Below are positions 26,113 to 38,558 of a DNA stretch of 64,000 nucleotides, in pieces. Made by a program: the position numbers and the translations under genes. Location of the stretch: positions 2,550,728-2,614,727 of the forward strand of contig ML992502.1 of the NCBI GenBank assembly GCA_010093995.1, given 5' to 3'. Position 1 is the stretch's first letter. Each line of letters starts with the position of its first letter. This DNA is from Elsinoe ampelina (lineage: Eukaryota). The notes under the pieces were generated by a model, which ran no database searches, was not told the origin of the DNA, and saw nothing but the letters and a program-made list of their open reading frames with translations.

Positions 26113-27289
26113 CTTGCTTGCGCCCTTAAAGTTGGTGCCTTCTGGAGTTCGCTCCCTACATGCAAGTGCAGCTGGGACATCAACGGCGAGCGATGAAGTA
26201 TCAGCTCGCTACTGAGAGGCACTGACAATCGGCGAGCTTGACGAGGGTCTCGATTCTACGCCGGAGAATTCTAGGCGCGAGGACGAAGCCAGCAGCTGGA
26301 TCGTGTCGATTTGTGTCGGTCGTCTTTGCAGGGCAATCCTTTTGTGGTCGCCATGAAAACCACACTTGTTCGAAATGTGGATCTCTTGGTTGGGGTATCA
26401 GCACATTGTCGGGTCGTGTCACATCAGGTTGAGGCGCGATATGAGTGCTTGTAGCTATCCGGAGAGTGTGATTGGTCAGAAACCTGCTTGCACCACAATC
26501 ACCATCAGAGTTTCTGCGACGTGAAGTCTCTCCAATGTATTCGCCGGCACTCTAATTGCGCCACGACACACGCACAATTGCAACGGTAGACACTCAGAAA
26601 TCGCATACAAGCAGCATGGCTCAATTTCCAACCTCAAGGTTCGTGGTCGGTCTTCCGAATTTGCCGGACTTGTCGCGGAGATGCATGCCTTGCCTCGAAA
26701 ACCAACCAGGCACTTGGGCTGCTAAAGTGCGGGGCACGAGTGCCCCTCCTGCGAAGCTCATATGGGTGGGTAAGGAAATACTTATGATCAAGTGTTTCTC
26801 TGCCGGTCAGCCTCGCTAAAGATCTCGATGTTTTCCTCCAAGCTAAATCTTGATTCATCGACTTGTCAGGCGCTGATCCGGAATGGCATGCTTCTCCATG
26901 CCGTGCTGCTTCCAGATGAAGCAGTCGACCGTTGGCGAAGGCGGTTGGCAGCTGCACCCCGCTATTGGGAAGGGTCCAATTCTGGACCGTCCACCCATCC
27001 TTCATTGTCTCCATTTAACCTAAGCATTCGCGCTCTCAGCCTCGCTTCTTTCACCGCTTGCATTGTGCATTGAACAGAGCACAACAACCCTATCTCCTAC
27101 CGACCTGTGGAGCAATCATCGCACAAAGAGCCCGCCTGGTACGTCATCTCGACCCACTACTGAGCAAGCAGACCAAGCATCCCGCTGCACAGCCGGAGCC
27201 ATCCTTGCTGACACATATTCTTCACAGAAATCGAACATCATCACAACCCGATCTCCAACTTACCCGACATCGTCACTCACCCCATCACA

Positions 27290-27650
27290 ATGAGCTCTAG
27301 CGTCGGACTCCGCGAGAAGCTCCGCAGGAAGCTCAGTCTCCACGACAAGAACAGTCAGTATTACCGGACTTCAACTCCGATAGCACTACTAACTTCGACC
27401 CAGGCAACTTTGACGACCACGACGAGGCTGACGACGAGACTACTGGCAACCTCCACCGCGAGATTGAGGAAGCCGAGACTGGCAACCACAATGAGGGCAA
27501 GCCTGGGTACGCAATATCCTTCGGCGCGCTCGCAGCATCAGACTGACCATCAAAAGCTCCTTTCTCAACCGCCTTATAAGCCATGGCAACAAGAAGACGG
27601 AAGACCAGTTGATGAGGGAGGCCCGTGGCTCCCAGTCCCAGCCCCAGTAA
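27290..27650 (+). CDS. 86-aa hydrophilic small protein, three exons (27290-27353, 27404-27506, 27557-27650)
   Basis: CACAATG start. Two 50-nt introns (GTCAGT...CTAAC...CAG; GTACGC...ACTGAC...AAG) give MSSSVGLREKLRRKLSLHDKNSNFDDHDEADDETTGNLHREIEEAETGNHNEGKPGSFLNRLISHGNKKTEDQLMREARGSQSQPQ*. Confidence 0.75.
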
Positions 27651-28645
27651 GGGTAGTCAGAGGCAACAACAGCGACAGAGGGCACAACAGATGCATTGGA
27701 CAATGGAAAGGGCATTGCTTATAAGGGTGACAGGTCATGCAATTGGCTCTTTGGATGGGCAGACAAACACTGTGAATATCGCAAGTAGACGAAAGCACAC
27801 GTCAATCGTTTGAACCCGACACCTGCTCGTTGAAGTGACTCCCTGAGCCATGATGGCTGCCTGCCTTCGTATCATCACTCGTCACCACTCATCTGGACAC
27901 AGGGCGTTCTCATGAGCGTCCTTGATGCCACGTCGTCGTTTAGCTGCACCTCTGTCAACTTTGCTGCGGTCGTGATCTTTGCCGAATTCAGCCAGGATTT
28001 TCGGCGTCCGCATGGCTTCCTGATTACCAGTCGGCCAGACACACAGCTTTGTGAGGATGGCTGGACAGCTGGTCATGAACGACGGGAGGCAGAGTGGCCA
28101 AGTATCATATCCTCGTACGTACCAACAATATATGCAAGATCTCTAAATCGAGTCATGCAGCCGGAAGCGGAGCACGGCTTCATTTCCACACGTGGATCAT
28201 TCGGACGCCAACTTGCTCCCCTGGCATTCTCAACCAATGGATACTCTCTAAAAGTGCGTGGCTTCGCGCGGACCGGCAGATCGACCTTACACCAAGTCGC
28301 TAGATCTGTTCCCGAAACCAAAGCAACAGGGAGACACAGCGCAAGGAGGAGTGAAACCGCGTGAGATCGTCGGGATGTGCAGCGAATCTCACATTTCACC
28401 GCATCACGACCTTCACTTCTCCTCTTTCTACCAGCATGATACCCGCAGCGACGAGCAGGTGAAGCCCTGCGCCTGCACTTTTCGGACCTTTGGACATTCC
28501 AGCGCAGCGCTGCTTATTATCTGAACGACATTTGCGACCGCGCACGACACTCTTTTGGCGAAAACAACAACATAATAATACATCTACATAATACCACATT
28601 TGTCGACTTCTGCTTCTCGCGCCCGCGCCTGGATTTGCTGGACGC

Positions 28646-30659
28646 ATGATTTATTTTCGAGGATCAAACGGCCTGAAAGAGGAGAGAAAGAGCGGGGCGA
28701 CACAGGTGGCAGATGCTGGACATACAACGATAGCGGTCGTGCGGACGACAAGGGCTACAGATTGGGATACCGACGAGACAGTGCGCGACCTATACAAGAC
28801 AAGAAGACAGGAAAAGCCTTGTCACCGCCAGCGACGGTCGGGACGGCCAAAACTCGGACTTCTTGCAACGACAAGCTTGCTCGCTTCGATTCCTAGCGCC
28901 TCTGCCCAGAGCTGCATTTCCTTGCAACAATCTTCGCAATGCTCAGCCTTTAATGCCTCATCAATCTCCACCGACACTTTCAACATCGGCTTATTGTAAG
29001 TTTCGCAAAAGTGCCAAGTGCAGAAGACACGCCAATGATGGTGGCTGACACGATGCTAGTCCTTTCCTTTCATCAGTCACCGACGCTTCTACCTTTGATC
29101 GGGAGATTCAATCGTATATTTCAGGCAGTTTCATACAGCTGAGGTTTCAGCAATTGATCGGATGCACGGCGTTCAACGGCCAGAATCCCGACGCATACTA
29201 CGCCAGATACACGACATCTGTGCTTTGCAACGCAATCGTCCAGAACTCGATTAATAGCTGTGGTCTGTCCGGCACGTCTGCAGCACCACTATGCGCCGAT
29301 ACATGTGTACGTATGCTTCGGACTGATTAGGATGTTGCCAATTCTGACTTGATTCGCTTGACACAGGCCTTGTATGCTCAAGGTGAACAGAGCATCGCTT
29401 CGAGTTCATCATGTGGGAGCCAAGGGACCAACGCTGAGAGCCAGATACGATCTGATCTAACCAACTGCGCCTTGCCGGCCCGCTCGCTTGGAGGTTCATG
29501 CATACCTGGTGTTGCCAACGAGCCTAGAAACTGCGGCTTCTCAAACAACCTGAATGGGTTATGCACCTACTGCGGATCCGGATCGCCGAACGCTACTGAC
29601 TCGTGTTGTGTATTTTCAGACACCGAGCGGCGCTGCCAGGGCGTTGACTTGGCTATTGGGCCGGCGTATTCTTCGGCGCCTCCCACGCCCACTTCCACAA
29701 ATGCTCCTGGAGACACGAGCGAAGACAGCAGATCTGGACTTTCTGGCGGACAAATCGCGGGAATGGTAGTGGGATGCGTGGTGGGAGGACTGATCGTACT
29801 GGCACTTTTGATCTTGGCCTGCATTGTACTGCGCCGAAGGAAAAAGCCCAGCCCACCGACAAGTGTCTTCAATCAACCCAGCCAATCACGGATCATGCCA
29901 CCTATGTCTTCCATCCATGCAGGGACCGGCCCCACGGTGGGGGACCATGTGGAGGCGCTCCCGGGTGGGCGAGTCACACGCATGGCGGCGATAGAGGGCG
30001 ACGGCAGTCACGACGACAGGGGAGGCGTCGTCGCCGCGGCGGCAACTCGTCCGAGATATACAGATTCATCTTCTGGTGACAATACACCGAGATCAGCGAT
30101 GCGCACGCCCATTGGACCGCCACCACGGCGCAAGAAATCACTCAACGGACTCGAAGGCGGGATGCTGTCCGATGACCGCAACACGGATGAGAGGTCGCCC
30201 GGTGATGACATGTTGTCGTCGCCGGAAGGCACCGGCCAGAGTGAGCAACTAGCGTTTTTCAAAGACTACTACAGCCAGGACGAGATTCATGCGGGAGATT
30301 TGGTAAGCACGTTATGGGCATACCAACCAAGGGCACAGGATGAATTCGAGCTGGAGCGTGGTGACATGATCAAGGTGGTAGGGATTTGGGACGACGGGTG
30401 GGCGACGGGGGTCAGGGTCCGCGGGCGCGCCGAGGAATGGCGGAGCGACGGGCATCGACAGAGGGACAGCGGAGCAGGGAATGGGACCGGGACCGGGAGC
30501 AGTGGAGACTCGATGAGTAGCCCGGAGGGTGACGGTGAGGTCAAAGCGTTCCCGTTGGTCTGCGTGTGTCTACCGCGACACTGGCAGCGGACGATCGAGG
30601 GCGAAACGACATCGGATAATATCGATTCATCGGGTACGAATAGCAGTAGTACACCGTAA
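28646..30659 (+). CDS. Single-pass membrane protein: Cys-rich ectodomain, TM, cytosolic SH3; exons 28646-28995, 29060-29306, 29367-30659
   Basis: Hydrophobic LGLLATTSLLASIPSASA then QSCISL. Many Cys (LCNAIVQNS, PLCADTC, NCGF, DSCC), GLSGGQIAG TM followed by RRRKK, and SH3 WAYQPRAQDEFELERGDMIKVVGIWDDGWATG...KAFPLVCV. Start codon uncertain. Confidence 0.85.
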
Positions 30660-31878
30660 TTTTATTAATTTTAGCCAACCACCGCGTGGTCGAGATGGAA
30701 GTCGAGGCGGCGAAACGAGGTGGAGATGTCTGGTCGGAAAGCACATGGCTGGTGCAGGCACAGTACTGTACCAGTTTGATAACGACGGGATGTGCAATAT
30801 CGTCTATTGCGATCGAGTGGAGCGGGACGTCATTGGGCAGCCACTGATCATGCAAGGGTGTCATTGCCTCGTGGAGAGAGGGGGGCGTGCCGTGTCCTGA
30901 AACGGGCATAGTGCTATACTTGGAGCTGCTGTGTAGTGGGTGTGGTACATGTCCCAAACCTTGCTGAGATACGGTACTTCCCAGCGACCCGACGGGCGAT
31001 TACCCGGCCGCGATTAGCAGCCCAAGGTTCACGCCAGGAGCAGGTCGTGAGCGTATCGACGTGTCTCTGCTAATCTTATACGCTTCAAGTGTTTCTTGTG
31101 CCTGGATCTCACCAGGGTTTGGGAACAATGGGTGAGGTCAAATGTTCATCTCAAGCTGCCTGGTCTCTCCAGTGGCACGGATCACCGCGTCAGAGTCGTC
31201 ATCTAATAGAGTGTGCAGCATGTCCAGGAATAAACTGCATTTCGTGCGAGATAGCAGGGGTGAAACGAAAGGGGAGCAAAGACATTTGGGCTGCGATATT
31301 GATGCCCATTGGGTGGTGGGAGCGCGAGTACACGTCCCCGTGCAGGGGGATATCAACACTACGGAGAGGCCGGCGGGTGGAATTTACCTGGATAGACGCA
31401 AAGTAAATCAACTACAACAGGTACTTTTGACCATGTCACTTTGGCAGTCGATATTGCACGCGGCCATGGGCTCATCAGGGACTTGCCGGGTACTGAATCG
31501 CCAACAAGCAGTTTCATGCGTTCAGCCCGAGGATATGTTCGGCTACCTACACCCGAGCCCTATGAAATATGCCGGGCCGCCCGCTGCCTGGGCTGGCTGC
31601 AACTTGCATCACTCCCACTGGCTGATTCCAGGCTCCCATCCTTTTGACCTCTGGGACGACTCGTCCGCTCAGATCCACCCCTTGTCTCGGCGCACTTTCG
31701 GCCCTAGTTTCTCGACTCGGGGTCAAACTCCACGTGAAGTGCATGCTTGCTGGTTCGCGCGCTGCACAGACACTCCCAAACTCAAACGCTCTGGCTCCCT
31801 CGGCGGCCTCTGGTCCTGCCAGAAAGCTAGCTCAGAGTTCGCACAGAGTTCGCTCTGTCCTGAGGAAGCTCTCCGTCC

Positions 31879-34238
31879 ATGACAGAGGTCGACACACTCT
31901 GGGGCATGCCCTTCTCCACGAGCCCATTCGGTGAGTGCTATATGATCAACCTGGGCTGCGGCGTGGGTGGCACAATTCCTTTCTCAAGTCGCCGTCAATC
32001 TTTGAACTTCTCGACGCCCAAGTCATGTTGCTTTCACCGCTGCCGCCCATTTCTGCGCACTTTGCAATGAGGCCCGCTGCTGACGCACGTCCTTCAGCCT
32101 CTTCCATCCCATCCCACTTCGACTCCTCCACACTGGCTCACTCTCCTCCTTACGACGCAAGCCTATACGACTTTGCACACCACGATGCCGCCGCCGCTGC
32201 AGCTTCTCAGCAGCGTCTCCAACCTGCGAATGAGCTAGAATTGAGCTCGTATCGTATTGGTAACAAGAGAGTACGACCCAACCACTACGCAGACTCGATA
32301 CACGCGAGTCCAGATCCAGACACGCTCGCCAATACTCCCGTCACTTCCGTCGAGCATCCCACCTCAAACTTTCGGTCGACCTACAACACTGCCTCGTCCA
32401 ATGTGGGAGCTTCATTCGCTCCAGGTCCACCCGGCCAATTCCCTTCACCATACCAATCACAGCTCGTTAGTCTGCCATCAGCTCCGTCATACTCGTCGGC
32501 GCCGTCTTTGACCGACGCATCCTCGACTTCACTCTATTCTCCTTATAGCGCCATTGTGCCTGCGGATCAAGGCAATGATCAAGTTGACGCCATTCACCAG
32601 TCTTCCATTTCTCAGTCCTCGACTCCTCATCCTTCCTACCTCAGCCACATGTCTTCCACTCCACAGGATTACAGACCATCCGAGTCTTCGGCGCCCTATG
32701 GGGTGTCACTGACCGCAAGTCACTTCTATGGCAACACGGAACACTACGGAACCACATCACATGCTAGCCCCTCGATGGGTTACGGCAAGAGCGAAGACTG
32801 GCCGGATGCGCAGTGGGCTTGCCAGCAATCGTACAATCAAGGGCATCCGAACACCCTCTACCATGGAGCAGCTGAGCTGTATGGAAAGGATGCTAGCCTG
32901 CACATCAAGCTCCAAAGCTTGGCTGTCCTCGACAATCTGGCGACTCAGATCATCCTCAGTCTTGCAAAGCCCTCTCTCGCCGAAATCGAAAAGTTGTCAT
33001 CAGGCACTGGCTCGGACGAGGAACGGCAAGCTTACCACACCCGCAAGAACCTATTCGACCAGACCCGCAAAGTCTACAGCAGAGATTCACCATTCATCGA
33101 CGCTGTTGCTATCCAGCTTTTCACCCCTTCTCAACAGGAAATCATCCGCAAGGCAAACCGTGCTACCTTCATCTCCAGTCTTCTCGAATCACACGATGTC
33201 AGCTTCTTCGATCTCAACGAATACTTCCTCGAGGTTTTTGTCCCTTCTGGCCAGAGGTTGCTCAAATGGCAAGGCGCCATCTACCTCGAATTGAAGACTC
33301 AGGTCTACATTTCTGCCCTGCTCAACAGTGACGGCGAAGTCGGCGCTCTCCTCGATGAGCTCTTCCCTGTCGATCTCGAGGACAAGATCATCGCCCGTCA
33401 TCCCGATGCTCCTCACCTCGTTCCTTCCGAGCAAGACTTTGTTGAGCGCGCCCGTGCCCGCAAGCAGTATCTTCAAGCAGAACCTGCCGAGAATGCTCTT
33501 GCAGCTCTACCACGCAAATATGCCTGGCAAGACTTTCTCAGGGAGTTTTCGACCAGCATCAACAAGAACGTCGAGTCGCTGCTCAACCCTCCTGTACGTG
33601 TCCACTAATCATAAGTTTCGTGACCATCGACTAATGATTTCCAGAACCGATCTGGCTCTACTACTGAATTCCGCCGCAATGGCTCACATGACGATTCCAG
33701 CCGACGCAATTCCCCGCCTCATGGAGCCGGCGGCTGCGATCCACGGGGGTACACCAACTTTGGTGCTCTCCTGCCAGACCCCAATCTTATTGGGGCTCAA
33801 TTCAACGTCTCACACCACGAGACTCTAGCTGCTCTTTCTTCGCAACCACAAAGGAAGACATCCAATTCATCCGATGGCGCAAAGGTTTCTGCTACTACTC
33901 GGCAACCGTGGAAACAAGAAGAAGAGGACGCCCTCCTCGCCGGCCTCGAAGAGGTAAAGGGTCCTTACTGGTCCCGCATTCTCTCCATGTATGGCCGAGG
34001 TGGCTCTCGATCCGAAGTCCTCAAGGACAGGAACCAGATTCAACTCAAAGACAAAGCCCGCAATCTCAAGCTTTGGTACCTCAAGATGGGCAACGAGGTA
34101 CCCGTCTGTCTCCAGGGCGTGACTGGTGAGCTCCGCAAGCGTGGCGGAGCAAAAGTCCGTGCGGCCCTCGGGCTATCCGATGATGGCGGAGCCAACACTG
34201 GAGCTGGAGTGCGAAAGCCCTCTCCAAAGCGTATGTAA
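31879..34238 (+). CDS. Telomere-repeat-binding factor, Tbf1-like (TRFH-like domain plus telobox Myb); exons 31879-31930, 32098-33593, 33645-34238
   Basis: LHIKLQSLAVLDNLATQI, IRKANRATF, LLKWQGAIYLELKTQVYI and Myb/telobox RQPWKQEEEDALLAGLEEVKGPYWSRIL...LKDRNQIQLKDKARNLK. The first exon is inferred from an in-phase GTGAGT...GCTGAC...CAG intron; an alternative ATG is at 32067. Confidence 0.88.
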
Positions 34239-35056
34239 AGGCATGGATACATTTTACAATCTTCACGATAATGACTGGAAGGAACACAAGGCAACGGGGT
34301 CAGGTTTACAGGATAGAGGCATGTTTTTTTTGTCCTACAGCTACCGAATCACAAAAAGGGTTCGAGACGGATGGCGTTCTACGGATCGACTACTGCTTCA
34401 TGACATTTCTTGGTCGACCTTTTTTTGTTTTTTTTTACACGTTTAGCGATTGGCGCAAGTCGACCACATTGGAATGGCGTGTATGTAGGTAGTAGCATTG
34501 GGGCCGTTTCACAAACCCGGAAAGGAAAAAGGTGGCAAGAAAAATGGTTCTTTGCCTGTATTTGGTCTTGTCTCTCTCTGTACTCTAGATACCCGACACC
34601 CAGTCTACTGTAATTTACTACTACATGTCTACACCAGGATTCACAAACACCCCCGGCGGCGGGGTCATGCACTCGTGATAATCCCTCGGGCGAGCAGAGC
34701 AAAGACATGTTGGCCCGCCACCCAGATATCCTCCCTTGGATCGAGCCAGCACGACTAAACCGTCACGGCCTCGCCGCCCCCTTGCTCAATGCATCCGACA
34801 TGAACCGCTCCAGGAATAGCAACGTCGTCTGCGCCATAGTGAGACATGCTTGCCAGCGTTCTACCTCGGCAGTTGGGCTGTGGCCGGGCGCATGTCATTC
34901 GTCGGTCCCACGACGGCGGTCCTATGGATCAGGTGCGTTAAGGTTGGAAGTATATCCTTTGCCCTGAGATTCAGAAGGGGATGGGCGCCGTGGTTAAGGG
35001 ACGGGAGATGAGGTGCATGAGCTCAGGGTAGGGGGTGGAATGGGCTGGTAGAGTAG

Positions 35057-35106
35057 NNNNNNNNNNNNNNNNNNNNNNNNNNNNNNNNNNNNNNNNNNNN
35101 NNNNNN
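35057..35106. other. Assembly gap (50 N)
   Basis: Run of N flanked by strongly G-rich plus-strand sequence. Confidence 0.99.
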
Positions 35107-36747
35107 ATTTCTGGTGTTGTGGCTGGATGGGAATGTCTGGCAGGGGGCCGGGGAGATGGGAGGTGGGAGGTGGTGGGTTGGGCTTGAGATGGGGGTAGGT
35201 CGGAAGGGGGAGTGGTGGTGTGTGATCAGCAGGGAGCGGGAGGGTTTCGTGTGTTGAGAGGAGTGGTGTCAGTGTTTCGTGTGGTGAGGGGGAGAGAGCA
35301 CGTGGTGTGGTCGACTGGGTTTGGGCGTTTGGTTCATTGTTGAGGTTCCATCGCTTGGAGGGAAAGCAGGTCTGTACTGTGGATTTGCATCATCAATCAT
35401 TTGTCTTGTCAATGCGGTATGGCTGCGATAGGTAGGTGCTGTACAGTAGGTGAAGACCACCCTGCAGTAGCGATGTCGTCTGCGCGGATGCTAGTCCGGC
35501 ACATGCCGGCGATTGAGGTGATTCTGACTCGCGAGGCGGCCGCGGAAAATCCCCCATCTCAAGTGGTGGGTCGATCATGATTCAAGTGTTGACTACTGTC
35601 GGAAGTGGAGTGAAGTCTGGGCCGTCCGACTGTTGCATAAATGCATGAGAGGAAATCACGGGTGGCCTTATCTTCGACCTTGGTTCACCGTGACTGCGCG
35701 TAGAGGTAAGCGATCGCAGAGATAGTGAGAACGAGGTGGTCTGCATTGCTTGGCTTGCGACACTGCGCCTACGATTGCCAGGTAATGTAGCAAGATGGGT
35801 CTTGGCTGTGCCTGGCATCCATGCTCGTCAATGGTCGTCAGTGCTCGACCTGGCGTCTGAGCAAGCCTTTACCAAGCCCTGGTGATGGCTTGGCGTGGTG
35901 CGCCCACCTGTAAGGCAGTGCCAGGGACAGCCTACAGGAGGGACCTATGGAGACTGGATCTCGGAGCGAGATTGCTTGGAGACGGTGCTGTACATCCCTG
36001 TGGTAGGTGCAAGGTCACTGTGCCATCAGTGTCTCATCCCAACAAGACCAGCACTCGAGCTTCAAGGATCGAAAAGGTCAATGAGAGCGACAGCCTTACC
36101 GGAGGACCAAGGGAGCATCCAAGCCACATCGCGTGGTTGACACTTCCCCATCAAAGCATGGTTGAAATGAGCAGTATGATTTCAAAGCGCGGAATAGCTG
36201 CGACATGAGGTCTGTGCGAGTCATGCTCATCTCAAAACCGGGCAGAGCTACTGTGAGTTACCTGCGAGACACCAGCGGAGTTTGCCGCGAATCATGCCCG
36301 AACCAGCCTTTGGATACACCGCCTGATGCCGGTAGTCGTGCGGATGGGGCGCCGATGTTGTTGACGCACAGATGAAACGCGAATCAGGGAGCAAAACAAG
36401 AGGAAATGTCTTGGAAGGAAGGACGGAGGTGGAGAACACCGCCCAGGGAAAAAGAAAAAGAGTTCAAGTCTAATCCAGTTCACACAAGAATAGCAGGCTC
36501 ACAAGAGATTGAGACAGGAGACTGTCAATGTGTCGCCGAGAATAGCACGAGATCTCCGAGATTGTAATGTGTGTCAGGTATTTACAGAATGAGTGTCAGA
36601 AAATGCATTCATGAGGGCGCAGGTGGTGTTCAGAGTCAGACCTGGTGATGGTGGCCGACGCCCGCCACCTCCCCGTCCGCCCCGGCGTCTCCCCGCTACC
36701 TGGTCGGCTTCTGGTCAAAGCCCGACACCGCTGGCTGCACGGCCCTG

Positions 36748-38176
36748 TTGCGGGCAATTATTTCCCAAATCGGGCCGGACGCATTGGAGCCGCCTCAGAT
36801 TGGTCAAGACCCCACTCAAATCTGCAAATCTGGCAGGCCAATCAGCCATCTTCCAGACCTCCTTGGTGGTACTGTATCCTTTGAGATCGTCCTCCCTCGT
36901 CTATCATCAAATATCATCCATGGTATCGGATTGCAAGCGAATTGGCATCGTCAGTCATGTGGTCTGGGGAAACAAGCTGATCTCTCGCGCCTCGTTCTCT
37001 GGTTCAGTCCTCGCTCTTTGAAGATCACGCAGTCTCGATGCGAAGATCCTGAACATCATGGAAGATCCACAGAAGACCGTGGTTTCCAATCTCGCTTGAT
37101 TGCTCTGGTTACTGCCGGGCCCCACCCCTGGTCCTGTGCTTGCTGCCTTCGGTGTTCCCGTATCGCTATGCAGAATACGCGCAATCATGGACGATCATCC
37201 AATTGGGCATCAATGACTCGCGTACAAGACCCTGCCTGCTGTCTCAGGTGGAGGAGGTGGCTGAAGATACATCACGATCTCAATAGAAGTCCAACATCAA
37301 ACCAAATCATGGCGCGCGACAAAGGTACAGTACTTCATCTCCTCAGCAATTTCAATCCCAGAGCAGGCCGAGGCATGGATGGGTTGAAAGAGACACTTCC
37401 AACGGCATTCGAACCAGACAGAGAAGCCGTGGAGACACTCGGAAGCGCCCGGTGGAGGTTGGAGACGTTGAGCTCCAAGGATCAGGATATTCCCACCATC
37501 ATGGCTATTGTGGCGGTATGTCGCAGTCACGAAGGCCGCCCTCTCGAATCGCTCATCGTGGACAGCTTCGCTACTACGCACTTGCTACTGCAGCTCCTGT
37601 CTGTGCTGCATGCAAGCCGAGCGAATTCCTGCATTCCTGCTGCGCTCTGGTGATCAAACATCCCTTCATGCCTGCATCTATACATCCAAATACAGAAGGT
37701 ACCCTTCTCGGCGCGTTTCTTCGCACCCGAGAAATATCCCTCACTCTTCATGGCACGATCCCTGCATACACCACTCCCCGACCACCGTCCACCGACACTA
37801 TCGGCATCGTTCATCGCCTGCCGGATGCAGGAAAAGAGCCATCCGAACCTCCGTCCGCCCCCACAGTAGTTCTTTCGCTTCTGCATGTGTGGGTACCGTT
37901 CGGCAACGCCGTGGATGGTCCCAGTCGACGACTACGAGAAATACGATTGATGTCTTTAGCCTGTACAGAACCGGGGAACTAACGGGGACGACAGCCGATC
38001 AGAACACAAGCAAAAGCCGATGGTGCGGCAGAATGGTTAATGCTTTGCGGAAGTTTAACTTGGAAGCGAACATCGAACCGTACAACTGCGAGGGTCCGAT
38101 GATGAGAAGCGACGGTCGCTCTCCAGGCTGTATGCATGGCAGATCGTTGCGTTTTCTGTTCGCGCCATATGTCTGA
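36748..38176 (+). pseudogene. Possible frameshifted gene relic
   Basis: Three overlapping plus-strand ORFs (36748-37653, 37452-37982, 37508-38176). Their protein-like segments follow each other in successive frames (RPLESLIVDSF..., LVIKHPFMP...LREIRLMSL, RMVNALRKFNL). No family recognised. Confidence 0.25.
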
Positions 38177-38558
38177 GCTGTCGCAGTCAGTCCAATGTGC
38201 AAGTTCACCGTCGAGAAATCGGACCGAGTTACTGTTCGCCGGACAGGCGTCGTGATCAAAATAGGACACTGTCAATTGACACGACATATGGTCGACCATG
38301 CTTGAGCAGTCGGACACGCCGATTTGGTCAACACGTAGTCTTCATGGTAAAGCTGAGCTGCTCACGTCGTCTCGAGCAATTGGACCGAAAACACTGCACG
38401 AAATAGCTGTCACGTCTTACATAGAGTACACTGGCATTCTGATATCGTACGTGGCTGGCAATACCGAAGCAATCTGAGCCAACCGACCTGACCTCCACGT
38501 CTTGCAAATTATGCCTCATCATCAAACCATCTGAAGCTCACATCCCACCAGAGCCGCC

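Noticed and set aside
31142..31882. 246-aa plus-strand ORF upstream of the Tbf1-like gene
   Set aside because: No domain, composition unlike the real genes, and it occupies the probable promoter/5' UTR.
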